In this document: piece after piece, positions 31,411-42,634 of the stretch
Position numbering within the stretch: the stretch's first letter is position 1
How the letters are laid out: each line of letters begins with the position of its first letter
Assembly (NCBI GenBank): GCA_021469345.1
Contig: GCA_021469345.1_3049.1
Source of the DNA: a phage
Length of the DNA: 64,000 bases
Direction: 5' to 3' (one strand)
Position numbers and translations under genes: made by a program
The notes under the pieces: generated by a model
Databases searched by the model: none
What the model saw: only the letters and a program-made list of their open reading frames with translations
What the model was told of the DNA's origin: nothing

Positions 31411-31913
31411 GTACCTTTAACTTCCACAAGAATATGGAAATCATGGAAGGTAATGCCAAGATTATGAAGTTCATTGCACGTGATGAGCAGCTTCACCTTA
31501 AAGGCACCCAATATATTATTCGTCAGCTTCAATCCGGTACTGATGGTGATGAATGGGTTAAAATTGCTCAAGAGTGTGAACAAGAAGCAGTTGATATTTT
31601 CATGGAAGTTAACCGTCAAGAAAAAGATTGGGCAGTTCATTTATTTAAAGATGGTGATGTTCCTGGATTAAATACAAATAGCATGTGGAGCTTTATTGAT
31701 TACTTAACTGTATCTCGTATGAAACAGTGCGGTCTTCCATGCCCAATTACCGATGCTCCGGTTAAACATCCATATCCTTGGATTCGTGAATATCTTAATT
31801 CTGATAATGTTCAATCTGCGCCACAAGAAGTAGAACTGTCATCTTACCTTGTTGCACAGATTGATAATGATGTTGATGATAAAGTTATGATGAGTTTTAA
31901 AAAATATTTTTAA
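31411..31913 (+). CDS. nrdB: ribonucleotide reductase small subunit, exon 2
   Basis: ...MEIMEGNAKIMKFIARDEQLHLKGTQYII...; joined product about 392 aa. Confidence 0.8.
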
Positions 31914-31917
31914 GGAG

Positions 31918-31940
31918 TGGGCCGCAAGGCCCATTTTATT
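31918..31940 (+). terminator. hairpin after nrdB (GGGCC-GCAA-GGCCC + ATTTTATT)
   Basis: GC stem followed by a T-rich tract. Confidence 0.4.
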
Positions 31941-33528
<1,588 letters not shown>

Positions 33529-33531
33529 GCT

Positions 33532-33585
33532 GTTTACAAGTCCCTCGTGTTGTGTTATAGTAGTCTTACTGACATAACATGAGGA
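33532..33585 (+). promoter_or_regulatory. T4-type early promoter, copy A of a 54-bp exact repeat
   Basis: GTTTAC at 33532-33537, TATAGT at 33556-33561; identical to 46740-46793. Confidence 0.6.
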
Positions 33586-33589
33586 CTTT

Positions 33590-34096
33590 ATGATGGATTT
33601 ACAACTTATTACTACTGAAATGGTCGTTGAAGCATACGGTGATACTACAGATGGGATTTCTGTATTCAAAGGAAATCGTCGAGTTGGATATATCACCGAT
33701 CTTAAGAAAGATTTAGCTAAGCAAGTCAAGCGGAAAACGACCATTAAAGAATATCGAAATCGTCGTCTTGAGCAAGCCCGTGATATGCTTCCTGATGCGG
33801 TTGAAGAGATGAAAGTCTTTTTAGAAAATCAGCTTGCGAAATATGATTGTGAAGTATTCATTAATCAGACTCAACCTAATGTTCATATCAATAACTGTAA
33901 ATGCTATATCATCGTTAATCCTTTGACGGGAAAACACCGCCTTGGGATTAGTAATCCAAATCGTAGTGCATCGGATATGGCAGAAGATGTTGAGGCGTGC
34001 TTTAAAATTTCTAAATCTCCGGCTGAACATCATATTTTAATTAACGGTCTTTCTCAAGACGATATTGTAGAGGTTATTAAAACTTTATGCATGTAA
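33590..34096 (+). CDS. alc: Alc (blocks transcription of cytosine-containing DNA)
   Basis: 167-168 aa; position between rnlA and the pseT cluster. Confidence 0.8.
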   Translation: MMDLQLITTEMVVEAYGDTTDGISVFKGNRRVGYITDLKKDLAKQVKRKTTIKEYRNRRLEQARDMLPDAVEEMKVFLENQLAKYDCEVFINQTQPNVHINNCKCYIIVNPLTGKHRLGISNPNRSASDMAEDVEACFKISKSPAEHHILINGLSQDDIVEVIKTLCM

Positions 34097-34440
34097 GTAA
34101 TTTTACAGCTGGATTGCTATTACTTGTAATAGCATTTGGCGGAACATCTATTATTTTAAAAAATAAGGTAGAAAGATTAGAAACATCGGTTACTGAAATT
34201 ACAAAAACGGCCAATGAAAACGCTTTAGCATTAGATAATTTGCGAATTCAATATAATTATATTGATGCGATGAATAATAAAAATCGTGAGGCAATTGCTG
34301 CTATTGAGCGTGAAAATGAAAAACTGCGCAAAGACGCAAAGAAGGCGGATGTGGTGGCTCATAAGCCAGGATTGGTTGAAAAACAAATCAACAACTCCTT
34401 CAACAAGTTCGCAGAAGACATCCAGGACCTTTCTAAATGA
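34087..34440 (+). CDS. i-spanin (Rz-like), pseT.3 position
   Basis: 117 aa; N-terminal TM helix FTAGLLLLVIAFGG and coiled-coil-like remainder. Confidence 0.6.
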   Translation: MHVSNFTAGLLLLVIAFGGTSIILKNKVERLETSVTEITKTANENALALDNLRIQYNYIDAMNNKNREAIAAIERENEKLRKDAKKADVVAHKPGLVEKQINNSFNKFAEDIQDLSK

Positions 34441-34736
34441 TTAAACTATCAGCAGTAATATTATCTATTGGACTTCTAGTTGGTTGTTCTACAAAGCCTC
34501 TAGAAGTAAAGAAAGAAACAGTTCATCCTAATTGGCCTGTACAAATAAAGTCATATGACGAAGCTAAACTATCTTGGCAAGTTAAAGTTATCGATGGTAA
34601 AGCTTGGGTCGGTATGCCATTTGAAGATTCCCAGGAATTTCGTATTTGGCTTAATGATGTAAAACGATATGTACATGACCAGAAAACTATGATATGTTAT
34701 TATCGTCAAGAGTTAAAAGAGGATAAATGTAAATGA
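34437..34736 (+). CDS. o-spanin lipoprotein (Rz1-like), pseT.2 position
   Basis: 99 aa; signal peptide with lipobox LLVGC. Confidence 0.6.
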   Translation: MIKLSAVILSIGLLVGCSTKPLEVKKETVHPNWPVQIKSYDEAKLSWQVKVIDGKAWVGMPFEDSQEFRIWLNDVKRYVHDQKTMICYYRQELKEDKCK

Positions 34737-34957
34737 TTTCATGGCATCAATTTGAACATCTCAAAGGATTGATTTATGAATCCGAGATGGCTGCAATGAT
34801 TTATGGACGCCAGATTCAGCGATTAGAATCTTTACCTCCAACTAATGATGTTTTATTAGCTCAATCACGTGCTAATCTCAAAAATGAATATCAAAATAAG
34901 TGGGGTAAAGCATCTAAAGACCTACATGATTATATTCAATCATTGGTTGAGAAATAA
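34733..34957 (+). CDS. hypothetical protein (74 aa)
   Basis: ORF track. Confidence 0.5.
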   Translation: MISWHQFEHLKGLIYESEMAAMIYGRQIQRLESLPPTNDVLLAQSRANLKNEYQNKWGKASKDLHDYIQSLVEK

Positions 34958-34960
34958 TAA

Positions 34961-36168
<1,208 letters not shown>

Positions 36169-36232
36169 TGGCGTGGCATCATGAAACTTGGGATATTATT
36201 AATTGGCTTGAAGAAAATTATGTGAGGTAAAT

Positions 36233-36508
36233 ATGTTTCCGACTTATTCTAAAATCGTAGAAGTAGTGTTTAGTCAAATTATCGCTAATAATATGTTTGA
36301 AAAGCTTGATAACGCAGCCGAACTTCGAATCCACGCTCAAGTGACTCATGTATTGAACACTTTGCTTCCAGACCAGGTGGATTCTGTTGCCATTACGCTG
36401 TATCCAGGTTCCGCGCATATCATTGTCGTATTCGATCTTGATGCTGAGTTAGTTATCAAAGGCGATATTCGTTTTGAATCACAGACATCAGAATTCAAGG
36501 CAATTTAA
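36233..36508 (+). CDS. hypothetical protein (91 aa)
   Basis: ORF track. Confidence 0.45.
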   Translation: MFPTYSKIVEVVFSQIIANNMFEKLDNAAELRIHAQVTHVLNTLLPDQVDSVAITLYPGSAHIIVVFDLDAELVIKGDIRFESQTSEFKAI

Positions 36509-36545
36509 CAGTTTACTTTACGGTAGAGTTGTGATATTATAGCTC
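36507..36545 (+). promoter_or_regulatory. T4-type early promoter (GTTTAC at 36511-36516)
   Basis: Conserved early promoter motif. Confidence 0.5.
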
Positions 36546-36569
36546 TACCAAACAAATGAGGAAAACAAA

Positions 36570-36806
36570 ATGCTAAGTGAAAAACCAATTACTGTTAAAG
36601 AATTCCAAGAAAAAGTTAAACTATTTGCTCAGGAATTGGTAAATAAGGTTTCTGAACGATTTCCAGAAACATCGGTTCGTGTTATTACCGAAACTCCTCG
36701 TTCAGTATTAGTAATTGTGAATCCAGGTGATGGCGATCAAATATCGCATCTTAAATTGGATTTTGATGGATTAGTTGAAGCACAAAGGGTGTATGGCGTA
36801 CTATGA
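36570..36806 (+). CDS. hypothetical protein (78 aa)
   Basis: ORF track; SD GAGGAAAA. Confidence 0.5.
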   Translation: MLSEKPITVKEFQEKVKLFAQELVNKVSERFPETSVRVITETPRSVLVIVNPGDGDQISHLKLDFDGLVEAQRVYGVL

Positions 36807-37141
36807 TGAATTTAACTGATATAATTGATAATTGTCTTGAAAACGATACTGGTGATCATAGAGCGCTTGACTCTGAAACAGCAAAGTTCATTAGAATAAC
36901 TTTAATGAATGATACTCTGGTGAATAGTATTCATCCTTCTGTGTATGATGCTATTATTGTGACGAAGTATCCAGTTGAGCTTCACAAAAAGATGACTGGC
37001 GCAGTTTTTATTGATAAGAAAAACCGCTTTAAAGATGGGCAGAATATAATTAGTTCTGTTATTAAAAGTATAACTAAACTTCGTCACGAAATTTATCGTG
37101 TTGAAACTACTAAATCTGCTTATCTGGTGGTTATGAAATGA
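36803..37141 (+). CDS. hypothetical protein (112 aa)
   Basis: ORF track. Confidence 0.5.
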   Translation: MMNLTDIIDNCLENDTGDHRALDSETAKFIRITLMNDTLVNSIHPSVYDAIIVTKYPVELHKKMTGAVFIDKKNRFKDGQNIISSVIKSITKLRHEIYRVETTKSAYLVVMK

Positions 37142-37719
37142 AAGCGAGTACAGTACTTCAAATTGCATATTTAGTATCACAGGAATCAAAATGTTGCTCC
37201 TGGAAGGTAGGAGCAGTAATTGAAAAGAATGGACGTATTATTTCTACTGGGTATAATGGTTCACCCGCAGGGGGTGTGAACTGTTGTGATTATGCTGCTG
37301 AGCAAGGATGGTTGTTGAATAAGCCTAAACATACTATCATTCAAGGCCATAAGCCTGAATGCGTATCATTTGGTTCAACTGATCGTTTTGTCTTGGCGAA
37401 AGAACATCGTAGTGCTCACTCGGAATGGTCATCTAAAAATGAAATTCATGCTGAACTAAATGCAATTTTGTTTGCTGCACGAAATGGTTCTTCTATTGAA
37501 GGTGCTACTATGTATGTAACACTTTCTCCTTGTCCAGATTGCGCAAAAGCGATAGCTCAATCTGGTATTAAAAAGCTAGTTTATTGTGAAACATATGATA
37601 AAAATAAACCTGGCTGGGATGATATTCTGCGAAATGCAGGTATTGAAGTGTTTAATGTTCCTAAGAAAAACTTGAATAAGTTAAACTGGGAAAATATCAA
37701 CGAATTCTGCGGTGAATAA
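37138..37719 (+). CDS. cd: dCMP deaminase
   Basis: 193 aa; zinc-binding HAE and PCPDC motifs. Confidence 0.9.
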   Translation: MKASTVLQIAYLVSQESKCCSWKVGAVIEKNGRIISTGYNGSPAGGVNCCDYAAEQGWLLNKPKHTIIQGHKPECVSFGSTDRFVLAKEHRSAHSEWSSKNEIHAELNAILFAARNGSSIEGATMYVTLSPCPDCAKAIAQSGIKKLVYCETYDKNKPGWDDILRNAGIEVFNVPKKNLNKLNWENINEFCGE

Positions 37720-37955
37720 TGAAATTTCGTTTGGTAAAGCTCACAGCAATTAGTTCTTATTCTAATGAGAACATCTCGTTTGCTGTAGAGTATAAGAAAT
37801 ATTTTTTCTCTAAATGGAAACAGTATTATAAGACAAATTGGGTTTGTATTGATAAACCATATAGTTGGAAATCTGATTTAGAAAAATGCCAAAAATTGCT
37901 TTCCACTCTTAAAGAACGCGGAACAACTCATATTAAAACTGTGATAGGTAAATAA
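37719..37955 (+). CDS. hypothetical protein (78 aa), 31.2 position
   Basis: ORF track. Confidence 0.5.
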   Translation: MKFRLVKLTAISSYSNENISFAVEYKKYFFSKWKQYYKTNWVCIDKPYSWKSDLEKCQKLLSTLKERGTTHIKTVIGK

Positions 37956-38264
37956 ATGAAACTGACAACTGAGCAGAAAGTAGCAATTCGTGAAATTTTG
38001 AAAACTAAATTGTCCATGGGTATTTCAAACGTAGTTTTTGAAAAGTCTGACGGTACTATTCGTACTATGAAAGGTACTCGTGATGCAGACTTTATGCCAA
38101 CCATGCAAACTGGTAAATTGACTGAATCTACTCGGAAAGAATCTACTGACATGATTCCAGTATTTGATGTTGAGCTTGGTGCATGGCGAGGTTTTTCTAT
38201 TGACAAATTGATTTCCGTTAATGGTATGAAAGTTGAGCATTTGCTTCAATTTATTGGTAAATAA
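37956..38264 (+). CDS. hypothetical protein (102 aa), 31.1 position
   Basis: ORF track. Confidence 0.5.
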   Translation: MKLTTEQKVAIREILKTKLSMGISNVVFEKSDGTIRTMKGTRDADFMPTMQTGKLTESTRKESTDMIPVFDVELGAWRGFSIDKLISVNGMKVEHLLQFIGK

Positions 38265-38320
38265 ATGCTTTAAGAATTATTTGTTATTATTAATTCATCT
38301 GTTAACAAAAAGGAAAAACG

Positions 38321-38656
38321 ATGTCTGAAGTACAACAGCTACCAATTCGTGCTGTAGGTGAATATGTTATTTTAGTTTCTGAACCTGCACAAGCCGGTGA
38401 TGAAGAAGTTACAGAATCAGGACTTATTATCGGTAAACGTGTTCAAGGTGAAGTTCCTGAACTGTGTGTAATTCACTCTGTTGGTCCTGATGTTCCTGAA
38501 GGTTTTTGTGAAGTTGGTGATTTGACTTCTCTTCCAGTTGGTCAAATTCGAAACGTTCCGCATCCTTTTGTAGCTCTGGGTCTTAAGCAGCCAAAAGAAA
38601 TTAAACAAAAATTCGTTACCTGTCACTATAAAGCTATTCCGTGTCTTTATAAGTGA
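38321..38656 (+). CDS. 31: gp31 co-chaperonin (GroES-like)
   Basis: 111 aa; [29 protein letters not shown]... matches T4 gp31. Confidence 0.9.
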   Translation: MSEVQQLPIRAVGEYVILVSEPAQAGDEEVTESGLIIGKRVQGEVPELCVIHSVGPDVPEGFCEVGDLTSLPVGQIRNVPHPFVALGLKQPKEIKQKFVTCHYKAIPCLYK

Positions 38657-38663
38657 TATAAAT
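38656..38663 (+). promoter_or_regulatory. late promoter TATAAATA upstream of rIII
   Basis: Exact TATAAATA on the + strand. Confidence 0.4.
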
Positions 38664-38803
38664 AATAATATGAATTGGGTGTCGGAATAATAAGTTAACC
38701 GAACAATTCTACGTGGTAGTCTACAACTGAGAGATCTGTCGAAAGAAGATGAAATTCAGAAGAACGTGACTACCGAGTTTTAATCTCTAACGAGAATTTT
38801 TAA

Positions 38804-39052
38804 ATGATTAAACAATTACAACACGCTCTTGAACTGCAACGAAACGCATGGAATAATGGTCACGAAAACTATGGCGCATCTATTGATGTTGAAGCCGAAG
38901 CTCTTGAAATCCTGCGTTATTTCAAACATCTGAATCCTGCTCAAACTGCATTAGCTGCTGAGCTCCAGGAAAAAGATGAACTTAAGTATGCTAAGCCTCT
39001 GGCTTCTGCTGCACGAAAAGCAGTTCGTCACTTTGTGGTAACACTGAAGTAA
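38804..39052 (+). CDS. rIII: RIII lysis-inhibition accessory protein
   Basis: 82 aa; position downstream of gene 31. Confidence 0.75.
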   Translation: MIKQLQHALELQRNAWNNGHENYGASIDVEAEALEILRYFKHLNPAQTALAAELQEKDELKYAKPLASAARKAVRHFVVTLK

Positions 39053-39297
39053 TTTATTGGAGATTCACTGCCTTAGTGTGAGCTAAAATCGAGGAGCCGT
39101 CGAACTGTCTGATTAATGATTTGCGAATCATTATAGTTTTAAGACCCCGGCAGTTTTACGGTGTACCTCTTGAATGTGAATGATGACGGGTTTATGGTTA
39201 TCCTGGTCGTTAAATATCCAAAAACCTATGTTCCCCTTGAGGGCTTGCGCAGGCAATGCCAATAAGTCCTGCATTTTCATTTAAAAGAGAATTTATA

Positions 39298-39474
39298 ATG
39301 GCAAAACAAGCTAAAGCAAAGAAAGCAGTTGAAAAGAAAGTTGGTGATTCTAAACGCGCTGGCTACAAGCGTGGGTCGAACTCTCGTATCAATCAAACTG
39401 TTGAGAAGATCATGCGCCGAGCACGTGCGGTTCTTCGAGATGATGCTTCTCGTTTTGGTAAGCAGAAAGCATAA
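39298..39474 (+). CDS. small basic protein (58 aa), 30.9 position
   Basis: MAKQAKAKKAVEKK...; ATG 39298; the track ORF 39256..39474 is extended upstream. Confidence 0.45.
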   Translation: MAKQAKAKKAVEKKVGDSKRAGYKRGSNSRINQTVEKIMRRARAVLRDDASRFGKQKA

Positions 39475-39477
39475 GTT

Positions 39478-39504
39478 GAGGACTCCTTCGGGAGTCCTTT
39501 TTTA
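39478..39504 (+). terminator. rho-independent terminator (GGACTCC-TTCG-GGAGTCC + T6)
   Basis: Perfect stem with tetraloop and T-run. Confidence 0.75.
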
Positions 39505-39523
39505 TTTTCCAAAGATTGCATAA

Positions 39524-39562
39524 AGTTGTTTACAGTATGGTTCCTTTGTGATAGTATTATTT
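39524..39562 (+). promoter_or_regulatory. T4-type early promoter (GTTTAC at 39528-39533)
   Basis: Conserved early promoter motif. Confidence 0.55.
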
Positions 39563-39584
39563 TACACAAACAAAGGAGAATAAA

Positions 39585-39917
39585 ATGAAAACGATTAATC
39601 TGAACGCTGCAGTTAAAACTAAATGCTTCAATGGTAAATATGATGAAACTATGTGGTTCTTAATGGCAGTTGAAGGTGATATTATTGAAGTAGAAACAAC
39701 AGAAGGTATGGGAACAGATTTCACCTTTACAATTCAAGTTCATAATTTCTTTACTGGTTGGATTTATGAATTGAATACAGTAATCGTTGGAAAAATTGAA
39801 CAAAATGAATTAGGTGAATGGTATTATGTTACAGCTCGCCAACGTGCCGAACGCTTAATTGAGAAGATGAAAAAAGTTGGTAAACTTGACATGAAGCACT
39901 GGAAAGTAGTAAAATAA
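39585..39917 (+). CDS. hypothetical protein (110 aa)
   Basis: ORF track; SD AAGGAGA. Confidence 0.5.
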   Translation: MKTINLNAAVKTKCFNGKYDETMWFLMAVEGDIIEVETTEGMGTDFTFTIQVHNFFTGWIYELNTVIVGKIEQNELGEWYYVTARQRAERLIEKMKKVGKLDMKHWKVVK

Positions 39918-39955
39918 TTGTTTACTTTGGTACAGGATATGATATTATATACCTG
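39916..39955 (+). promoter_or_regulatory. T4-type early promoter (GTTTAC at 39920-39925)
   Basis: Conserved early promoter motif. Confidence 0.55.
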
Positions 39956-39972
39956 TACCGCAATTAAACATC

Positions 39973-40350
39973 TTGGAGAATAAAATGAACTACATTAACT
40001 TTGAACGTAAATATGTTTCTAATGGTATTGCAGGTTCTATTGATACTATTTGCCTTTGGAAACATCAAAATGGATCAGTATGCGAAATCGATCAGTATAT
40101 GACTCCTAATTACGTTTATATGCGATTTGAAAATGGCATCACGGTTTCAATCACAATGGAAGGTTCCAACTTTAAAATCGCTCTGGATGATGATTTTCGT
40201 CAACGCGATTTAGGGACTCATCCTTGCTGGAATGGTGCTAATCGCAAGCTTTTGGTTAAAACTTGGATTCGTCATATTCTGAGTAACAGAGCTAAACCTA
40301 AGCATCTTGAAGCAATCTTTGATGTAGTTCTTAACGAATTTGATATTTAA
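39973..40350 (+). CDS. hypothetical protein (125 aa)
   Basis: ORF track; SD GGAGAA. Confidence 0.5.
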   Translation: MENKMNYINFERKYVSNGIAGSIDTICLWKHQNGSVCEIDQYMTPNYVYMRFENGITVSITMEGSNFKIALDDDFRQRDLGTHPCWNGANRKLLVKTWIRHILSNRAKPKHLEAIFDVVLNEFDI

Positions 40351-40390
40351 AATAAATGAGGGGCTTCGGCCCCTTACTGAGGAAAATACT

Positions 40391-40678
40391 ATGTTTATGA
40401 CTACTTATTTTGATACCCGTAAAAATTTCTGTGAAGTGGTTTTCTCAAAGGCACCCAAAGACCTTCCTGCTCATTTGCAACCTACCAGTGAATCGATTAA
40501 AAATTATGTTAATGTAGTCTGCCCTTTAGAGTTCCGTACTGTAAATGGGCGCGATACTTTAGCTATCACTAAACTTAATCGTGAAATTGACATTGATCCT
40601 TCAATTGCGCGTGAAATTAACATTTCTGATATTGGCGGCGGTAATGTTAAATCGCACGGTTTTCAGATGAGGTTCTAA
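40391..40678 (+). CDS. hypothetical protein (95 aa)
   Basis: ATG 40391 after SD GAGGAAAA; the track ORF 40340..40678 is extended through a hairpin. Confidence 0.5.
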   Translation: MFMTTYFDTRKNFCEVVFSKAPKDLPAHLQPTSESIKNYVNVVCPLEFRTVNGRDTLAITKLNREIDIDPSIAREINISDIGGGNVKSHGFQMRF

Positions 40679-40875
40679 TGAAATTCTTTTTAGGTCAAAC
40701 TGTTGAATTAAAGGGAGTTGGTATACCTGGATTAATTTCTAAGGTTCTACCTCCATTTAAATGGAGCGATGTTCAAATAAAAGAGGCTTATATTGTTTCC
40801 TGGGTAGATGGAAATGAAGACCTTCGTATGGGTGATGAATTATCTCCTATTTACGGATTAAAGGAATTAGTATGA
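40678..40875 (+). CDS. hypothetical protein (65 aa)
   Basis: ORF track. Confidence 0.45.
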   Translation: MKFFLGQTVELKGVGIPGLISKVLPPFKWSDVQIKEAYIVSWVDGNEDLRMGDELSPIYGLKELV

Positions 40876-41078
40876 ATATAATTAATAAGATTTTTGGAAT
40901 TCAGTACATTAAGGTCACATATAAAGTAACAGATAAAAATCCGTATACTGATGAACATGAAGAACCACAAGTTAAGTCTATTATATTAGAAAAGGACCCT
41001 AACTGGCCAGTTGAATTTCGTCTTCCTTGCTATGGTCATTGGGCTGATGTTGAAATTATAAGTATTGAAAATGCCTGA
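40872..41078 (+). CDS. hypothetical protein (68 aa)
   Basis: ORF track. Confidence 0.45.
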   Translation: MNIINKIFGIQYIKVTYKVTDKNPYTDEHEEPQVKSIILEKDPNWPVEFRLPCYGHWADVEIISIENA

Positions 41079-41529
41079 GTTAGAGATTAGAAGCAATTTT
41101 AGATGGCCATCATGCGCATTAAGCAATTTCGCCCAATGGCCTTTCGTTATGGATGGTATCCAATTTGGAGGTCTCGAAGGATTCCTCCAAGGATGTAAGG
41201 TGAAAAATGTTGAACAACAAAGACGTATATTTGGGTTGTCTGGATTGGCTGCACAGCAAGCTGGAAGGTCTTATGCAAGAGCTCAGGACCGTGGAACTCT
41301 CTTCTGGTTAGGAGTTCCGTTTTCAAGATACTCCGAAGCGTGGAAAGAATTATACACAAATGCATATTTTGAAGCCGCGATCCAAAATAAGGGGTTTCGT
41401 GATGCCTTACAAGCCTCTAAAGGAAAAATTTTGAAGCACAGCATGGCCAGCCACCTAACAAAAGATGATACAATACTAACTGAAGCTGAATTTATTGATG
41501 TGTTAAACCTATTAAGAGACTCTTTATGA
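41065..41529 (+). CDS. NADAR-like (YbiA/DUF1768-type) protein, candidate ADP-ribose-processing enzyme; 30.3 position
   Basis: LSNFAQWPFVMDGIQFGGLEGFLQGCKV resembles the FSNFxxWP...DG...SEHYFQAxKF core of E. coli YbiA, as recalled. Confidence 0.55.
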   Translation: MKMPELEIRSNFRWPSCALSNFAQWPFVMDGIQFGGLEGFLQGCKVKNVEQQRRIFGLSGLAAQQAGRSYARAQDRGTLFWLGVPFSRYSEAWKELYTNAYFEAAIQNKGFRDALQASKGKILKHSMASHLTKDDTILTEAEFIDVLNLLRDSL

Positions 41530-42365
41530 AGCCTACTATTTTAACTGATATTGATGGAGTATGTTTAAGCTGGCAATCAGGCCTTCCTTATTTTGCTCAG
41601 AAATATAATCTTCCGTTGGAACATATTTTAAAAATGATCCAAGATGAAAAATTTATTTCTCCTGGTAAACTTTTTAATTGTGATGAAGAACTTGGCGTCA
41701 AGTTAATTGAAAAATACAATCGTTCGGATTTTATTCGTTACTTGTCTCCATATAAAGATGCTCTGTGTGTAATTAACAAATTAAAAGAAGATTATAATTT
41801 TGTAGCTGTTACAGCATTGGGTGATTCTATTGACGCTCTGTTGAATCGTCAATTTAATTTGAATGCTCTTTTTCCTGGTGCCTTCTCAGAAGTAATGATG
41901 TGTGGTCATGATTCTTCAAAAGAAGAGTTGTTCAAAAAGGCAAAAGAGAAATATAACGTAATTTGTTATATTGACGATCTCGCTCACCACTGCGATCATG
42001 CGAGTGAAATATTAAATGTTCCTGTTTATTGGATGGCTCGAGGGGAGCGTGACAGTATTCCAAAAACTGCTCAGCGAGTTTATACATGGAACGATGTAGA
42101 GAATAAGCTTTTTTCACCAAAGGAAAATAAAGAAAGTTTTGATCGTGAAAAAGCTATAAAAGATGCAATCGAGAAGATGATTAAAAACGATTCTTTTCGT
42201 TGGAACACTACTTGGAGAACTCCTGGATTTAATCCTTATAATCATCTATATCATCCATATCAGACGCATCCGTTTCAGACATGGAACTATATTAAACCCG
42301 GCGGTATAGAGTATTTGTATAATAGACCTACTTGTGGTGATAATATTTTCCAAGGAGCATTCTAA
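41526..42365 (+). CDS. HAD-superfamily hydrolase-like protein (279 aa), 30.2 position
   Basis: N-terminal LTDIDGV motif I of HAD phosphatases. Confidence 0.55.
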   Translation: MKPTILTDIDGVCLSWQSGLPYFAQKYNLPLEHILKMIQDEKFISPGKLFNCDEELGVKLIEKYNRSDFIRYLSPYKDALCVINKLKEDYNFVAVTALGDSIDALLNRQFNLNALFPGAFSEVMMCGHDSSKEELFKKAKEKYNVICYIDDLAHHCDHASEILNVPVYWMARGERDSIPKTAQRVYTWNDVENKLFSPKENKESFDREKAIKDAIEKMIKNDSFRWNTTWRTPGFNPYNHLYHPYQTHPFQTWNYIKPGGIEYLYNRPTCGDNIFQGAF

Positions 42366-42634
42366 TGTTTGTTGTTCACACTATTTATGAAAATGAAGGT
42401 AATACTACACGTGATTACGGTCACGTAAATCAATTTTTTAGATGCAATCCAGAATTCCGATCTCAAAAAGACGAACGAATTTTTAAAAAATGCGTAGAGC
42501 AAGGTTTCATTTATATCAAGCACTGGATGCAAGGAAATAAAGTTAGAACTACATATCATAAGTCTTTGCCTGAGCTTAATGATGAATTGATTTATAATAG
42601 AGCTGTAAACCAAACTCTAAAGGATGAACAATGA
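42365..42634 (+). CDS. hypothetical protein (89 aa), 30.1 position
   Basis: ORF track. Confidence 0.5.
   Translation: MFVVHTIYENEGNTTRDYGHVNQFFRCNPEFRSQKDERIFKKCVEQGFIYIKHWMQGNKVRTTYHKSLPELNDELIYNRAVNQTLKDEQ

Noticed and set aside
31917-31940. GTG-initiated extension of denA
   Set aside because: The extension lies within the post-nrdB hairpin. ATG 31941 gives the expected 136-aa product.
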